Assembly: GCA_036388595.1 (NCBI GenBank)
Contig: DASVRN010000100.1
Span: 11,524 to 75,523, forward strand
Direction of reading: 5' to 3'
Length of the DNA: 64,000 bases
Source of the DNA: Chloroflexia bacterium
GTDB lineage: Bacteria; Chloroflexota; Chloroflexia; QHBQ01; JADMIH01
The notes under the pieces: generated by a model
What the model saw: the letters and a program-made list of their open reading frames with translations, nothing else
Told to the model about the DNA's origin: nothing
Database searches by the model: none
Shown: positions 26,835-36,749 of the stretch, piece after piece
Layout: the number at the start of each line of letters is the position of its first letter
Position numbering within the stretch: the first letter of the stretch is position 1
Program-made: the position numbers and the translations under genes

Positions 26835-29800
26835 ATGGTAAGAACTTACATCGCGTTTGACCTCGAAGCTACCGGGATGCAGCCGGAACGGGACGAGGTA
26901 ATCGAGATAGGGGCTGTGAAGTTCCGGGACGGCCAGATTATTGGCCGTTGGGAGAGCTTCGTGCGGCCTTCGCAGCAGATCCCCTACAAGGTGCAACAGC
27001 TTACGGGCATCAAGCCCGCCGACGTGGCGCGCGCTCCTCATATCTCCCAGGTGGCTAGCGATTTCATAAAGTTCGTGGGCGACTCGCCGGTGATTGGGCA
27101 ATCGGTGGAGCTTGACCTGGCGATGCTGGAGCGGCACGGGGTTAGGCTGCCCAACGTGGCGTGGGACACCTTCGAGCTTGCCACCTTGCTGGTGCCTGAG
27201 GCGGCGGTGTACAACCTGCGCAACGTGGCCGACAAGCTGGGCGTGAAGCAGGAGGTGCGCGCCCACCGAGCGGTGGCCGACGCCGAGCTGACGATGCGGG
27301 TCTTCCTGGCGCTGCGGGAGCGGATAGAAGAGTTGCCGCTGGAGGTGCTGAGCGAAATAGGCAAGGCCACCAACCGTAGCGAATGGCCCTTGCGTCTGCT
27401 GTTCCAGGAAGTCGAGCACGAGAAGGCCCGCACAGCGTTTTCAGGGGGTATAGGCTCTTCGATACGCGCGCAGTTGCAGGCCAAGGGGCTGACCGACGCC
27501 GAGTTGGACGTGGGGATATTGCGCCAGCCGGACGAGGACATACAGTACGCACCCGTCGCCGCCGGGCATGAGGGCAAGTTCCCGCTGGACCACACCGAGC
27601 TAGAGAACATCCTCAAGCCGGGCGGGGCGATGTCGAAGGCGTTCGCGGGCTACGAGTACCGGCCCCAGCAGCTTGAGATGACCAAAGCGGTGGCAAGCGC
27701 GCTGAACAAGGGGCGTCACCTGATAGTGGAGGCGGGCACCGGCACGGGCAAGAGCCTGGGCTACCTCCTCCCAGCCGTGCTCTACGCCCTGCGCACCGGC
27801 GAGCAAGTGGTGATTTCCACCAACACCATCAACCTGCAAGACCAACTCTTCACCAAAGACCTCCCCCTCCTCCACCGCGTACTGGAAGGCCCCCCTGCGG
27901 GCAGCAAGTCCGGCAAGAATCAAATCCAAAATCCAAAACCCAAAATCCAAAATGGCGACGCCATCATCCAGGAGCCGTTCCACGACGCGCTGATGAAGGG
28001 TAAGGGCAACTACATTTGCTTGCGGCGGTGGTACCAGTTCCGGCGCAGCGTGCCCTCCTCCGTGGAGCAGTTGCGAGTGATGGTGAAGGTGCTCATCTGG
28101 CTGCCGCAGACTGAGACCGGGGACCGCAACGAACTGCTGCTGCTCAACGAAGAGAACGACGTATGGGGCCACCTCAAGGTGAGCGAGGAGGGGTGCCCGC
28201 CGTTCGAGTGCCGGGTGCGCCAGAAGGGGCTCTGCTTCTTCGACCGGGCGCGCCGCCGTGCCTACGGGGCCAACGTCATAGTGGTGAACCACGCGCTGCT
28301 GCTGGCCGACCTGGCGATGGGCGGGGGTGTGCTGCCGGAGTACGACAACCTCATCATTGACGAGGCGCACAATCTGGAGGACGAGGCCACCGACGCGCTC
28401 GGCTTCACGGTAGACCGCCGGGGGCTGGTGAGGCTGCTGGAGGACCTGAGCAGCGGCTCGGCGGCCCGTTACAGGGAGGACGATTTCCTCACCGCCCTAC
28501 GCAACGCCCTGGCCGCTGACATCTCTAAGGGGCTGAAGGTGAAGGGTGGCAGCCGGGTGGAGGCAGGGGCCACGCGCAACCTGCTCACGGGCGTGGACGA
28601 CGTTATAGCGAAGCTGCGGCCCAGCATAGAACGGGCGCGGCAGTCTACTGTGGAGTTGTTCGGGCAGCTAAACTCGGTCATGGAAGTGTACCAGGACGAG
28701 CAAAACGTGTACGACCTACGGCAGCGCATCACCAACGAGGTGAGACGGCACCCATCTTGGGGCCAGGTGGAGATGGTCTGGGACAACCTGGGCCTGCAAC
28801 TGAAGGAGATCGAGGACGGGCTGTCGCGCATCGGCACCGTGTTGGGCGACGTGGACTGGGACAACATCCCCCGCTCCGGCACCGGCGATGTGCCCGCCTA
28901 CGCCGACATGCTGATAGAGCTGCGCGGCCTCATCACCAATGTGCACAAGCTGCGCGCCGACGCCAACGCCGCCATTACCAACCCCGACGAAGGGGCGGTA
29001 TACTGGCTGGAGGCTAGGGTGAAAGGCGGGGATGTGGCCCTCAAGTGCGCGCCGTTGCACGTGGAGGAGCTGCTGGACCGCTACCTCTTCTCCAAGAAGC
29101 GGGCGGTGGTGCTCACCTCGGCCACCCTCTCCACCGACAACGACTTCTCGTACATATTGGAGCGTCTGGGGCTGCACAGCAGCGAGCAGTTGCAGCTATC
29201 GTCGCCGTTCGACTACCAGAAATCGGCCCTGGTGTACGTGCCCACCGACATGCCGGAGCCTGCCACCGCCGGGTACCAGCGCAGCCTCGAACAGGCGCTC
29301 ATCGAGTTATGTAAAGCCTCACAGGGGCGGGCGCTGGTGCTCTTCACCTCTCACAGCGCGGTGCGTACCACGTACCGGGCGATACAGCGTCCGCTGGAAG
29401 AGGCGGGCATCATGGTGCTGGGGCACAACATCGACGGCTCGCGGCGGCAGTTGCTGGAGCGGTTCAAGAACAACCCCAGGACGGTGCTGCTGGGCACGTC
29501 CTCCTTCTGGGAGGGTATAGACGTGGTGGGGGATGCGCTGTCGGTGCTGGTGATCGCCAAGCTGCCGTTCGCGGTGCCCACCGACCCGGTATTCGCGGCC
29601 CGCGCTGAGGGGTTCGAGGACGCCTTCCTGCAATACTCGGTGCCCCAGGCCATCCTCAAGTTCAAGCAGGGCTTTGGCCGCCTCATCAGGAGCCGCAACG
29701 ACCGGGGAGTGGTGGCCGTGCTCGACCGCCGCGTCATCTCCAAGCGGTACGGCCAGGCCTTCCTCAACTCCCTCCCCGAAGCCACGGTGAAGCACGGGCT

Positions 29801-29846
29801 GACGGCCAATCTACCGGGTGCGGTGGCGAACTGGCTGCGACAGTAA
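26835..29846 (+). CDS. dinG: bifunctional DnaQ-like 3'-5' exonuclease / DinG-family (XPD-like, Fe-S) ATP-dependent DNA helicase
   Basis: N-terminal YIAFDLEATGMQPERDEVIEIGAV (DEDD exonuclease motif I). Walker A AGTGTGKSLGYLLP and DEAH box IIDEAHNLED. Cys cluster C..C...C...C between them (Fe-S). C-terminal helicase domain. Start at MVRTY (26835). Confidence 0.9.
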   Translation: MVRTYIAFDLEATGMQPERDEVIEIGAVKFRDGQIIGRWESFVRPSQQIPYKVQQLTGIKPADVARAPHISQVASDFIKFVGDSPVIGQSVELDLAMLERHGVRLPNVAWDTFELATLLVPEAAVYNLRNVADKLGVKQEVRAHRAVADAELTMRVFLALRERIEELPLEVLSEIGKATNRSEWPLRLLFQEVEHEKARTAFSGGIGSSIRAQLQAKGLTDAELDVGILRQPDEDIQYAPVAAGHEGKFPLDHTELENILKPGGAMSKAFAGYEYRPQQLEMTKAVASALNKGRHLIVEAGTGTGKSLGYLLPAVLYALRTGEQVVISTNTINLQDQLFTKDLPLLHRVLEGPPAGSKSGKNQIQNPKPKIQNGDAIIQEPFHDALMKGKGNYICLRRWYQFRRSVPSSVEQLRVMVKVLIWLPQTETGDRNELLLLNEENDVWGHLKVSEEGCPPFECRVRQKGLCFFDRARRRAYGANVIVVNHALLLADLAMGGGVLPEYDNLIIDEAHNLEDEATDALGFTVDRRGLVRLLEDLSSGSAARYREDDFLTALRNALAADISKGLKVKGGSRVEAGATRNLLTGVDDVIAKLRPSIERARQSTVELFGQLNSVMEVYQDEQNVYDLRQRITNEVRRHPSWGQVEMVWDNLGLQLKEIEDGLSRIGTVLGDVDWDNIPRSGTGDVPAYADMLIELRGLITNVHKLRADANAAITNPDEGAVYWLEARVKGGDVALKCAPLHVEELLDRYLFSKKRAVVLTSATLSTDNDFSYILERLGLHSSEQLQLSSPFDYQKSALVYVPTDMPEPATAGYQRSLEQALIELCKASQGRALVLFTSHSAVRTTYRAIQRPLEEAGIMVLGHNIDGSRRQLLERFKNNPRTVLLGTSSFWEGIDVVGDALSVLVIAKLPFAVPTDPVFAARAEGFEDAFLQYSVPQAILKFKQGFGRLIRSRNDRGVVAVLDRRVISKRYGQAFLNSLPEATVKHGLTANLPGAVANWLRQ
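27917..27957 (+). repeat. in-frame (ATCCAAA)n half-hairpin repeat inside dinG-like CDS
   Basis: aatcaaatccaaaatccaaaacccaaaatccaaaatgg encodes [13 protein letters not shown] between helicase motif Ia and the Fe-S region. No complementary arm lies within several hundred bp. Confidence 0.7.
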
Positions 29847-30058
29847 CCTTCCCCACAGAACTCCCCACCTACCCCGCTAATTAACTCTTCCCTAATACAG
29901 ACGTAGGCCCGTGACTTTGTTGGGCATTTCAGTCATTTAAGTGAGAGGAAGGCCAAGCATACGAGCGGAACAAAAGACTGCTGGTAAAGCGGCCCATACA
30001 AACGCGAAATACTGCCCCTAGTTGGGGTGTACTAGCATACCTAATACTTGACAAGTTG

Positions 30059-30067
30059 TGCTATACT
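30059..30067 (+). promoter_or_regulatory. extended -10 promoter (TGcTATACT) upstream of S-layer protein gene
   Basis: cttgacaagttgTGcTATACTaagg. The implied 5'UTR is about 170 nt, and an AGGAGA RBS lies before ATG 30246. Confidence 0.45.
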
Positions 30068-30245
30068 AAGGCACGTTGTCTTCAGCTTTGTAGTTCCCTG
30101 CATAGCTTCCGACCTACCCCCAGGGCGTACGAAAACTGAATAGATCCTATACGAAAGGTGGTGGTGTATCTCTAACATCCTTTTGGGGCATGCTATTGCC
30201 CGTAACTTGGGATTATTTCGCAGCGAGGAAAGGAGATAGGAAGCT

Positions 30246-33200
30246 ATGTCAAACGGGAATGACAGATTCCCAATTCGGCGCGTACTGCTTGCGCTAGCCC
30301 TGCTTCTTGGCGTCATTACCACGGCCCTGGTGATGCGCATGCAAGATTCGCAGAGCAAGAATGCCGCAGCAGGCACACCAGCAGGCACCCTGGCGGGCGC
30401 AGACCTGCGTGGTGTGGCTGTGCCGAACGGTACCGGGAGCGAGATGGAGAATCGCGCCAAGCGCGAGGCGGCCGACTTTATTCGATGGGGTAACCCCGGC
30501 CAGCAGATAGACTCCCAGTGGGTACTAGACGCACAAAAGCATATTGCTAAAATGCCGTCCGGCATCCCTGCCGGTAAGGTCGTTTACAACAAGTCACAGA
30601 ACAACGCGCCCTTCGCGCTTGACCCCAACGCAATGATTAGCCTGGGGGCGCAGCCCGCTCAGTCCGACGGCTGCTTCCTGTGCTTCAACTACGGTATAGT
30701 CAGCGGTCGCATCAACTCTATCGCCATCGACCCGGTGGTAACCACCACCGTCTACCTGGGCGTGTCCAACGGTGGCGTGTGGAAGAGCACCAACTGCTGC
30801 ACCGAGGGCACCGTCTGGTTCCCGACCACCGATGACCCGGACATGACTACCCTGACCATTGACGAAGTAACGATTGACCCCAACAATCACGAGATTATTT
30901 ATGCCGCGACAGGCGACTTCCGCCCGTCCGGCGCTTCTCGTGGATCGCAGGGTGTCCTGCGCAGCACCGACGCCGGCGCAAGCTGGGTAGTGCTGGGCGA
31001 GAATATCTTCCCGCCGTTCCGCAACAACGGCCTGCCCATCGGCGGCTCCAGCCAGTACCAGGCGGTGAGCGCCGTCAAGGTGGACCCCAACAACAGCAAC
31101 ACGCTCATCGCGGGCACCAAGACCGAGCTCTGGATGTCCTATGACATGGGCGATAACTGGACCGGCCCTTGTTACACAAACTCCTTCACCACCACCGCCG
31201 CTAACCAGCGCCAGGACAACACCGAAATCCTGGTACGCGATGAAGGCACCACCACCACCATTTACTATGCGATTGGTGCTCCCTTCAACAACGCGGCAGC
31301 GGGCGGCAACGGCGCTAACGGCGTCTACACTGCCACCATGCCGAGCAGCGGCTGCCCCACTCCCTGGACGCTCATTTCAAGGGGCGACAATGGTTGGCCC
31401 GCGGGCCAGGGTAACGGCACCGCCGACAACACCAAGGGCGGCCGCATCGACCTGGCAATCGCGCCTAGCAACCAAACTGTAGTTTATGCCGCGCAGGCGT
31501 CACTTACCAGCAGCCTGATCGGTATCTATCGCTCGAGCAACAGCGGCGTATCCTGGACTCTGGTTGCCACACCTACGAAGTTCGTAGACTGCGTGGGCGG
31601 GGCAGGCATCCAGGGGCAGACCCAGTACGACCAGTATCTTGAGGTCGATCCTACTAACCCCGACTACCTATGGTACGGTGAAGTAGACATCTTCCGCTCG
31701 TCGAACGGCGGCGCTAACTGGAGAGACGCAAGCTGCGTGTACTCCGGCGGCGACTACATTCACCCCGACCAGCACGATGCACGCTACTTCCCCGGCCAGA
31801 ACAATGAACTGCTGTTCGCTAACGACGGCGGCATCTGGTATACCAACCGCGCGTACAGCGTGACCGCTTCCCTACCCAGGCTGCCCATCCTCTCGCTGAA
31901 CCATACGCTGAACACCCTGGAGTTCTACAACGGCCAGACCACGGGCAACTTTGCGACCAGCGACCAGCCCGGCGCCAACGGCGGTACCCAGGACAACGGC
32001 TCGTTCGTCAACATCTGGGAAGGCGGACAGGAGAGCCTCGGCCCCGAGCAGTGGGACCTGCGCATCGGTGGTGACGGCTTCTACGCCGCCATCGAGCCGG
32101 TGCACAACCAAATCTGGTACCAGGAGAACAACTCCAGCCAGATATGGCGCTCGACCTCCGGACCTTATGGTGTATACCAGAACGTCTCCGGCTTCGCGAC
32201 CAACAACCCGTGGGCGAACGACGGCCGTAACTTCTCGATGCCTTTCGAGATCTACAAATACGACTGCCCGCCGACAGGTTGTACTCACCTCATCGCGGGT
32301 ACGTACCGCGTGTGGGAGACCCAGAACGGCGCTCAGAACAGCGCGAGCTGGTACATCAACAGCCCACCGCTGACCAAAGCCGTACCGGGTCCCGGCTGGG
32401 GTGCCGCGCCGAACATCACCCAGCTTAGCTACGCTGTAAACATGTCGACCACGGCTATCGTTGGTACCACCGACGGTAACGTGCAGTACGGCTTCAACCT
32501 CGGCACGACGCCGGGCAGCGCGGTCTGGGTGAACGTGACAGGCGGCAACACGGTACTGCCTAACCGCCCTATCCTGGACGTGACTACCGACCCGGCCAAC
32601 CCCATCATAGGTTATGCCGCGGTGGGTGGCTTCAGTAAGGCCACGCCGGCCACACCGGGCCACGTGTTCCAGGTGACATGCGCCAACGCGCCTAGCCCCT
32701 GCGCAAGCTTCAACTGGGTTGACAAGACCGGCAACCTGCCCGACTATCCTATGACGGCAATTGTCGTAAATCCGAACTTCAGGCAGCAGGTGTTTGTGGG
32801 TAGCGATGCAGGCCTGTACTTCACCAACGACATCGACGCGGCCGTCCCTGTGTGGACCCGCTTCACCAATGGCATACCTAACGTATGGGTTGGCGACCTG
32901 AACATCGACCGGGGCTTCACCACATTGGCCGTATGGACCCGCAACCGCGGCGCCTACGTATGGCCTCTGCCGAGCGCTCCGTTTGTTCAGCCCACTCCTA
33001 CCAACACACCTATCATTATCGGCACACCGCCTACCGCTACGCCTACCGAAACGGTTGTCCCTGTGACTTGTAATACCACGGTGATGACGAGTACGGGGGC
33101 TTCACTGGTGCCCGGTGTCAATGGCAACACAGGCGTGTTTGCTGACGATGGCGTGGCAGTGGTCCAGTTGCCGTTCGCGGTACCTGTGTTCGACCGCTAC

Positions 33201-34466
33201 TTCACCCAGGCATACGCCACGACCAACGGCCACCTGCTGTTTGGCGCGGCGAGCGTGGGCAGTTTCAGTTGCATAACAACCAGGGGTGAAACCTACGCGA
33301 TCCATGCGAACGCGGGTGACCTGTGCACCAACGACTGCTCAGGCCCGACCGACGTATGTACATCCTGCGGTATCTACACCGCCACGATAGGCACTGCCCC
33401 CAACAGGCAGTTCGTGGTGCGCTGGTTGGCAGGCTACTACAACTTCGCCGGTCTAACCGAGTTCGAGGTAGTGCTCACGGAAGGCTCTAACAATATCCAG
33501 GTGATAATCGGCTCCGATGCCTACGGAGGAGCTAACACCAACTCGGGTATCCAGAGAGGCTACCAGGACAACGCCACACTGGTCCACTGCTACGAGGGTG
33601 GAGTGATTACCAACACCATGTCGATCACTTACTCGATAAGTGGTTGCGCAGCACCTACCCTCACGCCTACTCCTCAAAACACCGCTACGGCCACCGCCAC
33701 AGCACCCACCGCCACAGCTACGACTACGGCGTGCCCGATTGAGTTCCAGGACGTGCCGCCTAGCAACGCCGCAAGCTCGTTCTACCCGTACGTGAAGTGC
33801 CTGGCCTGCCGCAACATCATAGGTGGTTACCCTTGCGGTGACGTCAATCCTGTGAGCGGAAAGCCTGAGCCATGCGGAGCTACCGGCAATGCGTACTACA
33901 GGCCCGATAATCCTGTGACACGCGGTCAGATAGCCAAGATCGTGGCCCAGTCCGCCGGCTATGACGGTGAGGCAGGTCCTCAGATCTACGCCGACGTACC
34001 GCCCGACCAGGTCTTCTGGATTTACGTCCAGCAGCTGTCCAACGACGGCGTAATGGGCGGCTATCCGTGCGGTGGTACCAACCCGCAGACCGGCGAAGAC
34101 GAGGAGTGCGACGTTGAAGATCGCCCGTACTTCCGAGTGAACAACACCGCCACCAGAGGGCAGCTTGCCAAGATCGTGTTCAACGCTGCTGGGATTACGT
34201 ACAATGGGTCTTCTCAGACCTACGCGGACGTACCGCCCAGCAATAGCCCCAGCTCGTTCTACCCGTACATCGAGGGTCTTTCGCAGCTGGGTGTGATGAG
34301 CGGCTACGCCTGCGGCACGTCCGATCCCAGGAGCGGACCGTGCACCGCGCCAAGCAACCGCCCGTACTTCCGGCCTTCGAATAACGTCACCAGGGGCCAG
34401 GCAGCGAAGATAGTGGCTAACACCTTCTTCCCTAACTGCCAGACACCTGCTAGACCCAGCGAGTAG
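30246..34466 (+). CDS. S-layer-anchored BNR/Asp-box beta-propeller protein (1406 aa)
   Basis: N-terminal TM/signal, multiple SxDxGxxW motifs (STDAGASW, SYDMGDNW, SNSGVSW, SSNGGANW), a Thr/Pro linker, and three C-terminal SLH-like domains (FQDVPPSNAASSFYPYV..., YADVPPDQVFWIYVQQL..., YADVPPSNSPSSFYPYI...). Confidence 0.8.
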   Translation: MSNGNDRFPIRRVLLALALLLGVITTALVMRMQDSQSKNAAAGTPAGTLAGADLRGVAVPNGTGSEMENRAKREAADFIRWGNPGQQIDSQWVLDAQKHIAKMPSGIPAGKVVYNKSQNNAPFALDPNAMISLGAQPAQSDGCFLCFNYGIVSGRINSIAIDPVVTTTVYLGVSNGGVWKSTNCCTEGTVWFPTTDDPDMTTLTIDEVTIDPNNHEIIYAATGDFRPSGASRGSQGVLRSTDAGASWVVLGENIFPPFRNNGLPIGGSSQYQAVSAVKVDPNNSNTLIAGTKTELWMSYDMGDNWTGPCYTNSFTTTAANQRQDNTEILVRDEGTTTTIYYAIGAPFNNAAAGGNGANGVYTATMPSSGCPTPWTLISRGDNGWPAGQGNGTADNTKGGRIDLAIAPSNQTVVYAAQASLTSSLIGIYRSSNSGVSWTLVATPTKFVDCVGGAGIQGQTQYDQYLEVDPTNPDYLWYGEVDIFRSSNGGANWRDASCVYSGGDYIHPDQHDARYFPGQNNELLFANDGGIWYTNRAYSVTASLPRLPILSLNHTLNTLEFYNGQTTGNFATSDQPGANGGTQDNGSFVNIWEGGQESLGPEQWDLRIGGDGFYAAIEPVHNQIWYQENNSSQIWRSTSGPYGVYQNVSGFATNNPWANDGRNFSMPFEIYKYDCPPTGCTHLIAGTYRVWETQNGAQNSASWYINSPPLTKAVPGPGWGAAPNITQLSYAVNMSTTAIVGTTDGNVQYGFNLGTTPGSAVWVNVTGGNTVLPNRPILDVTTDPANPIIGYAAVGGFSKATPATPGHVFQVTCANAPSPCASFNWVDKTGNLPDYPMTAIVVNPNFRQQVFVGSDAGLYFTNDIDAAVPVWTRFTNGIPNVWVGDLNIDRGFTTLAVWTRNRGAYVWPLPSAPFVQPTPTNTPIIIGTPPTATPTETVVPVTCNTTVMTSTGASLVPGVNGNTGVFADDGVAVVQLPFAVPVFDRYFTQAYATTNGHLLFGAASVGSFSCITTRGETYAIHANAGDLCTNDCSGPTDVCTSCGIYTATIGTAPNRQFVVRWLAGYYNFAGLTEFEVVLTEGSNNIQVIIGSDAYGGANTNSGIQRGYQDNATLVHCYEGGVITNTMSITYSISGCAAPTLTPTPQNTATATATAPTATATTTACPIEFQDVPPSNAASSFYPYVKCLACRNIIGGYPCGDVNPVSGKPEPCGATGNAYYRPDNPVTRGQIAKIVAQSAGYDGEAGPQIYADVPPDQVFWIYVQQLSNDGVMGGYPCGGTNPQTGEDEECDVEDRPYFRVNNTATRGQLAKIVFNAAGITYNGSSQTYADVPPSNSPSSFYPYIEGLSQLGVMSGYACGTSDPRSGPCTAPSNRPYFRPSNNVTRGQAAKIVANTFFPNCQTPARPSE

Positions 34467-34510
34467 CTGGGATAAGCACCGGCGAGTACCGGTAAGGTAC
34501 GACGAGGGGA

Positions 34511-34545
34511 GTAGAGGAGGCATATGCCTCCTCTACTTTTTTGTT
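34511..34545 (+). terminator. intrinsic terminator after S-layer protein gene
   Basis: gtagaggaggcatatgcctcctctac is a perfect 11-bp stem, followed by TTTTTTGTT. Confidence 0.65.
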
Positions 34546-34651
34546 CGCTTTTCGCCCACTTGCCAAGCAAGGCCGTTGTCCATTACAGTAATAGACAGCC
34601 TGAACCGCGGGCACGGCAGGACCAGGGCTTAACAAGGGAGGAAGTACCGGT

Positions 34652-36094
34652 ATGGCAGACAAGGTACGCCTGCGCATCGCGCCGTCGCCAACGGGCGACC
34701 CGCACGTCGGCACGGCATATATGTCGTTGTTTAACAAGGCTTTCGCACACAGGCACGGGGGCAGGTTCGTGCTGCGCATCGAGGACACCGATCAGACGCG
34801 CTACAACCCCACCTCGGTAGGCGAGATAATTGACAGCCTGCGCTGGCTCGACCTTTTGCCGGATGAGGGGCCGGGAATAGGCGGAGAGTACGGGCCGTAC
34901 GTGCAGACTGAACGTCGCGAATTATATATAAGGCACGCTCACGAACTGGTTGAGCAGGGTCACGCTTACCGCTGCTTCTGCACCGCCGCACGGCTGGAGG
35001 AGATGCGCCGCGAGCAGGCAGCCCGGCACGAGCCGCCACGCTACGACCGGCTCTGCCTCAGGCTCTCTCCCGAAGAGATTGAGCGCAACCTGTCGGAAGG
35101 CAAGACCTACACGATACGCATGCTGGTGCCCGACGAGGGTACGACCAGCTTCCAGGACCTCATACGCGGGGAGATCAGCTTCGAGAACAAGGTGCTGGAC
35201 GACCAGATTATCCTGAAGTCGGACGGTCTGCCCACGTACCATCTTGCGGTGGTGGTGGACGACCACTACATGGAGATCAGCCACATTACCCGCGCCGAGG
35301 AGTGGATCAGCAGCACGCCCAAGCATATCCTGCTTTACAACTATTTCGGGTGGGAGCTGCCGAAGTTCGCGCACTTTCCCCTGCTGCGCAACGCCGACCG
35401 CTCCAAGATATCGAAGCGCAAGAACAACACCTCGCTCAAGTGGTACCGCGAGCAAGGCTATTTGCCGGAGGCGATGATCAACTTCCTGGCGCTGATGGGC
35501 TGGTCGATGCCCAACGGTGAGGAGACATTTACGTTCGAGGACGTGAAGCGAGAGTTTACTTTCGAGCGGATGGCGACCAGCGGGCCGATATTCGACCTGG
35601 TGAAGCTGACCGCTATCAACGGCAAGTACATCCGCAACCTCTCGGACGAAGAGCTTTACGCGCGCCTGCTGCCCTACCTGCCTGAGGGGCTGGACCAGGA
35701 GCGCGTACGTAGCACGGTGCCCGTAATCAAGGACCGGCTGACGCGGCTGGGTGAGTTCGTGGAGCTTACGGCCTATCTGTTCGGCCCACCCCCTGATTAC
35801 GACGCCGCGGGGCTGGTCCCGAAGAAGGGCACGCCAGAGATAGCGCGCGCCGCCCTCGAGCGAATACGCGACTTCCTGGCCGGGTTGCCGGAGCCGTGGG
35901 CGCACGAGGAGTGGGAGAGCGGTATGCGCGCGCTGGCAGCCGACCTGGGGCTGAAGGCGGGCGACATCTTCATGGTGCTGCGCGTGGCGGTCACGGGCAG
36001 CCCGGTATCGCCGCCGCTGTTCGAGAGCCTAGACATCCTGGGTAAAGAGGAGACGTTGGGGCGGGTGGACGCGGCGCTGGCGAAGCTGGGGTAG
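34652..36094 (+). CDS. gltX: glutamate--tRNA ligase
   Basis: RIAPSPTGDPHVGTAYM (HIGH-class motif) and KISKRKN (KMSKS). Confidence 0.95.
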   Translation: MADKVRLRIAPSPTGDPHVGTAYMSLFNKAFAHRHGGRFVLRIEDTDQTRYNPTSVGEIIDSLRWLDLLPDEGPGIGGEYGPYVQTERRELYIRHAHELVEQGHAYRCFCTAARLEEMRREQAARHEPPRYDRLCLRLSPEEIERNLSEGKTYTIRMLVPDEGTTSFQDLIRGEISFENKVLDDQIILKSDGLPTYHLAVVVDDHYMEISHITRAEEWISSTPKHILLYNYFGWELPKFAHFPLLRNADRSKISKRKNNTSLKWYREQGYLPEAMINFLALMGWSMPNGEETFTFEDVKREFTFERMATSGPIFDLVKLTAINGKYIRNLSDEELYARLLPYLPEGLDQERVRSTVPVIKDRLTRLGEFVELTAYLFGPPPDYDAAGLVPKKGTPEIARAALERIRDFLAGLPEPWAHEEWESGMRALAADLGLKAGDIFMVLRVAVTGSPVSPPLFESLDILGKEETLGRVDAALAKLG

Positions 36095-36097
36095 GGA

Positions 36098-36185
36098 CGA
36101 TAGTGGACGATGGACGATGGGTCCTGAGCCTGCGAAGGATGGACGATGGGTCCTGAGCCTGCGAAGGATGGACGATGGGTGATAT
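36098..36185. repeat. (GGACGAT)n array with 35-bp tandem duplication
   Basis: ggacgatagtggacgatggacgatgg, then [gtcctgagcctgcgaaggatggacgatgg] x2. Confidence 0.7.
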
Positions 36186-36208
36186 AAGCCTGCAAAGAGG
36201 AGGCTTGT

Positions 36209-36703
36209 GTGGTGGCAGAGGGTGTGGCTCAACTCTTATACATGATGGATGGGGCGTTTGACGGCAAGGACTGGCACTCGCTGCTGGGCAATCTGCGCTC
36301 GTTGAGAGACGAGGACTGGGGGTGGGTCCCGCCGGGCGGCAACCGCTCCATACGGGACATTGTCCAGCACGTTGGCGGCAGCAAGCTGATGTACCAGGAC
36401 CACGCTTTTGGTGACGCGAAGCTCACTTGGGACGCCTCGCTGGTTGACGGTGGGGAGGCGCTGGCGACCGTTTCTTCGGCTATTGCCTGGCTGCAAGAGG
36501 CCCACGAGCGCCTGCGGCAGAGCGTAGTCGCACTTGATGACGCGGAACTGCTTCGCCCGCGCATGACCAATTGGGGCGAGTTGCAGGAGACCCGGTGGAT
36601 AATCGCGGTGATGGTCCAGCACGACCTCTACCACGCGGGGGAGATCAACCACATCCGGTGCCTGCGCCAGGAAAACGATAGATGGGCGTATGAGGCTGGA
36701 TAA
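36209..36703 (+). CDS. DinB/YfiT-like (DinB_2) metal-dependent family protein
   Basis: 164 aa, conserved His positions (VQHVGG, DLYHAGEINH). AGAGGAGG RBS lies 5 nt before GTG 36209. Confidence 0.55.
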   Translation: MVAEGVAQLLYMMDGAFDGKDWHSLLGNLRSLRDEDWGWVPPGGNRSIRDIVQHVGGSKLMYQDHAFGDAKLTWDASLVDGGEALATVSSAIAWLQEAHERLRQSVVALDDAELLRPRMTNWGELQETRWIIAVMVQHDLYHAGEINHIRCLRQENDRWAYEAG

Positions 36704-36749
36704 CGAGGAAAGCTGCCCGCACGACCCCTACACGAGGCTGAAGCGTCGT

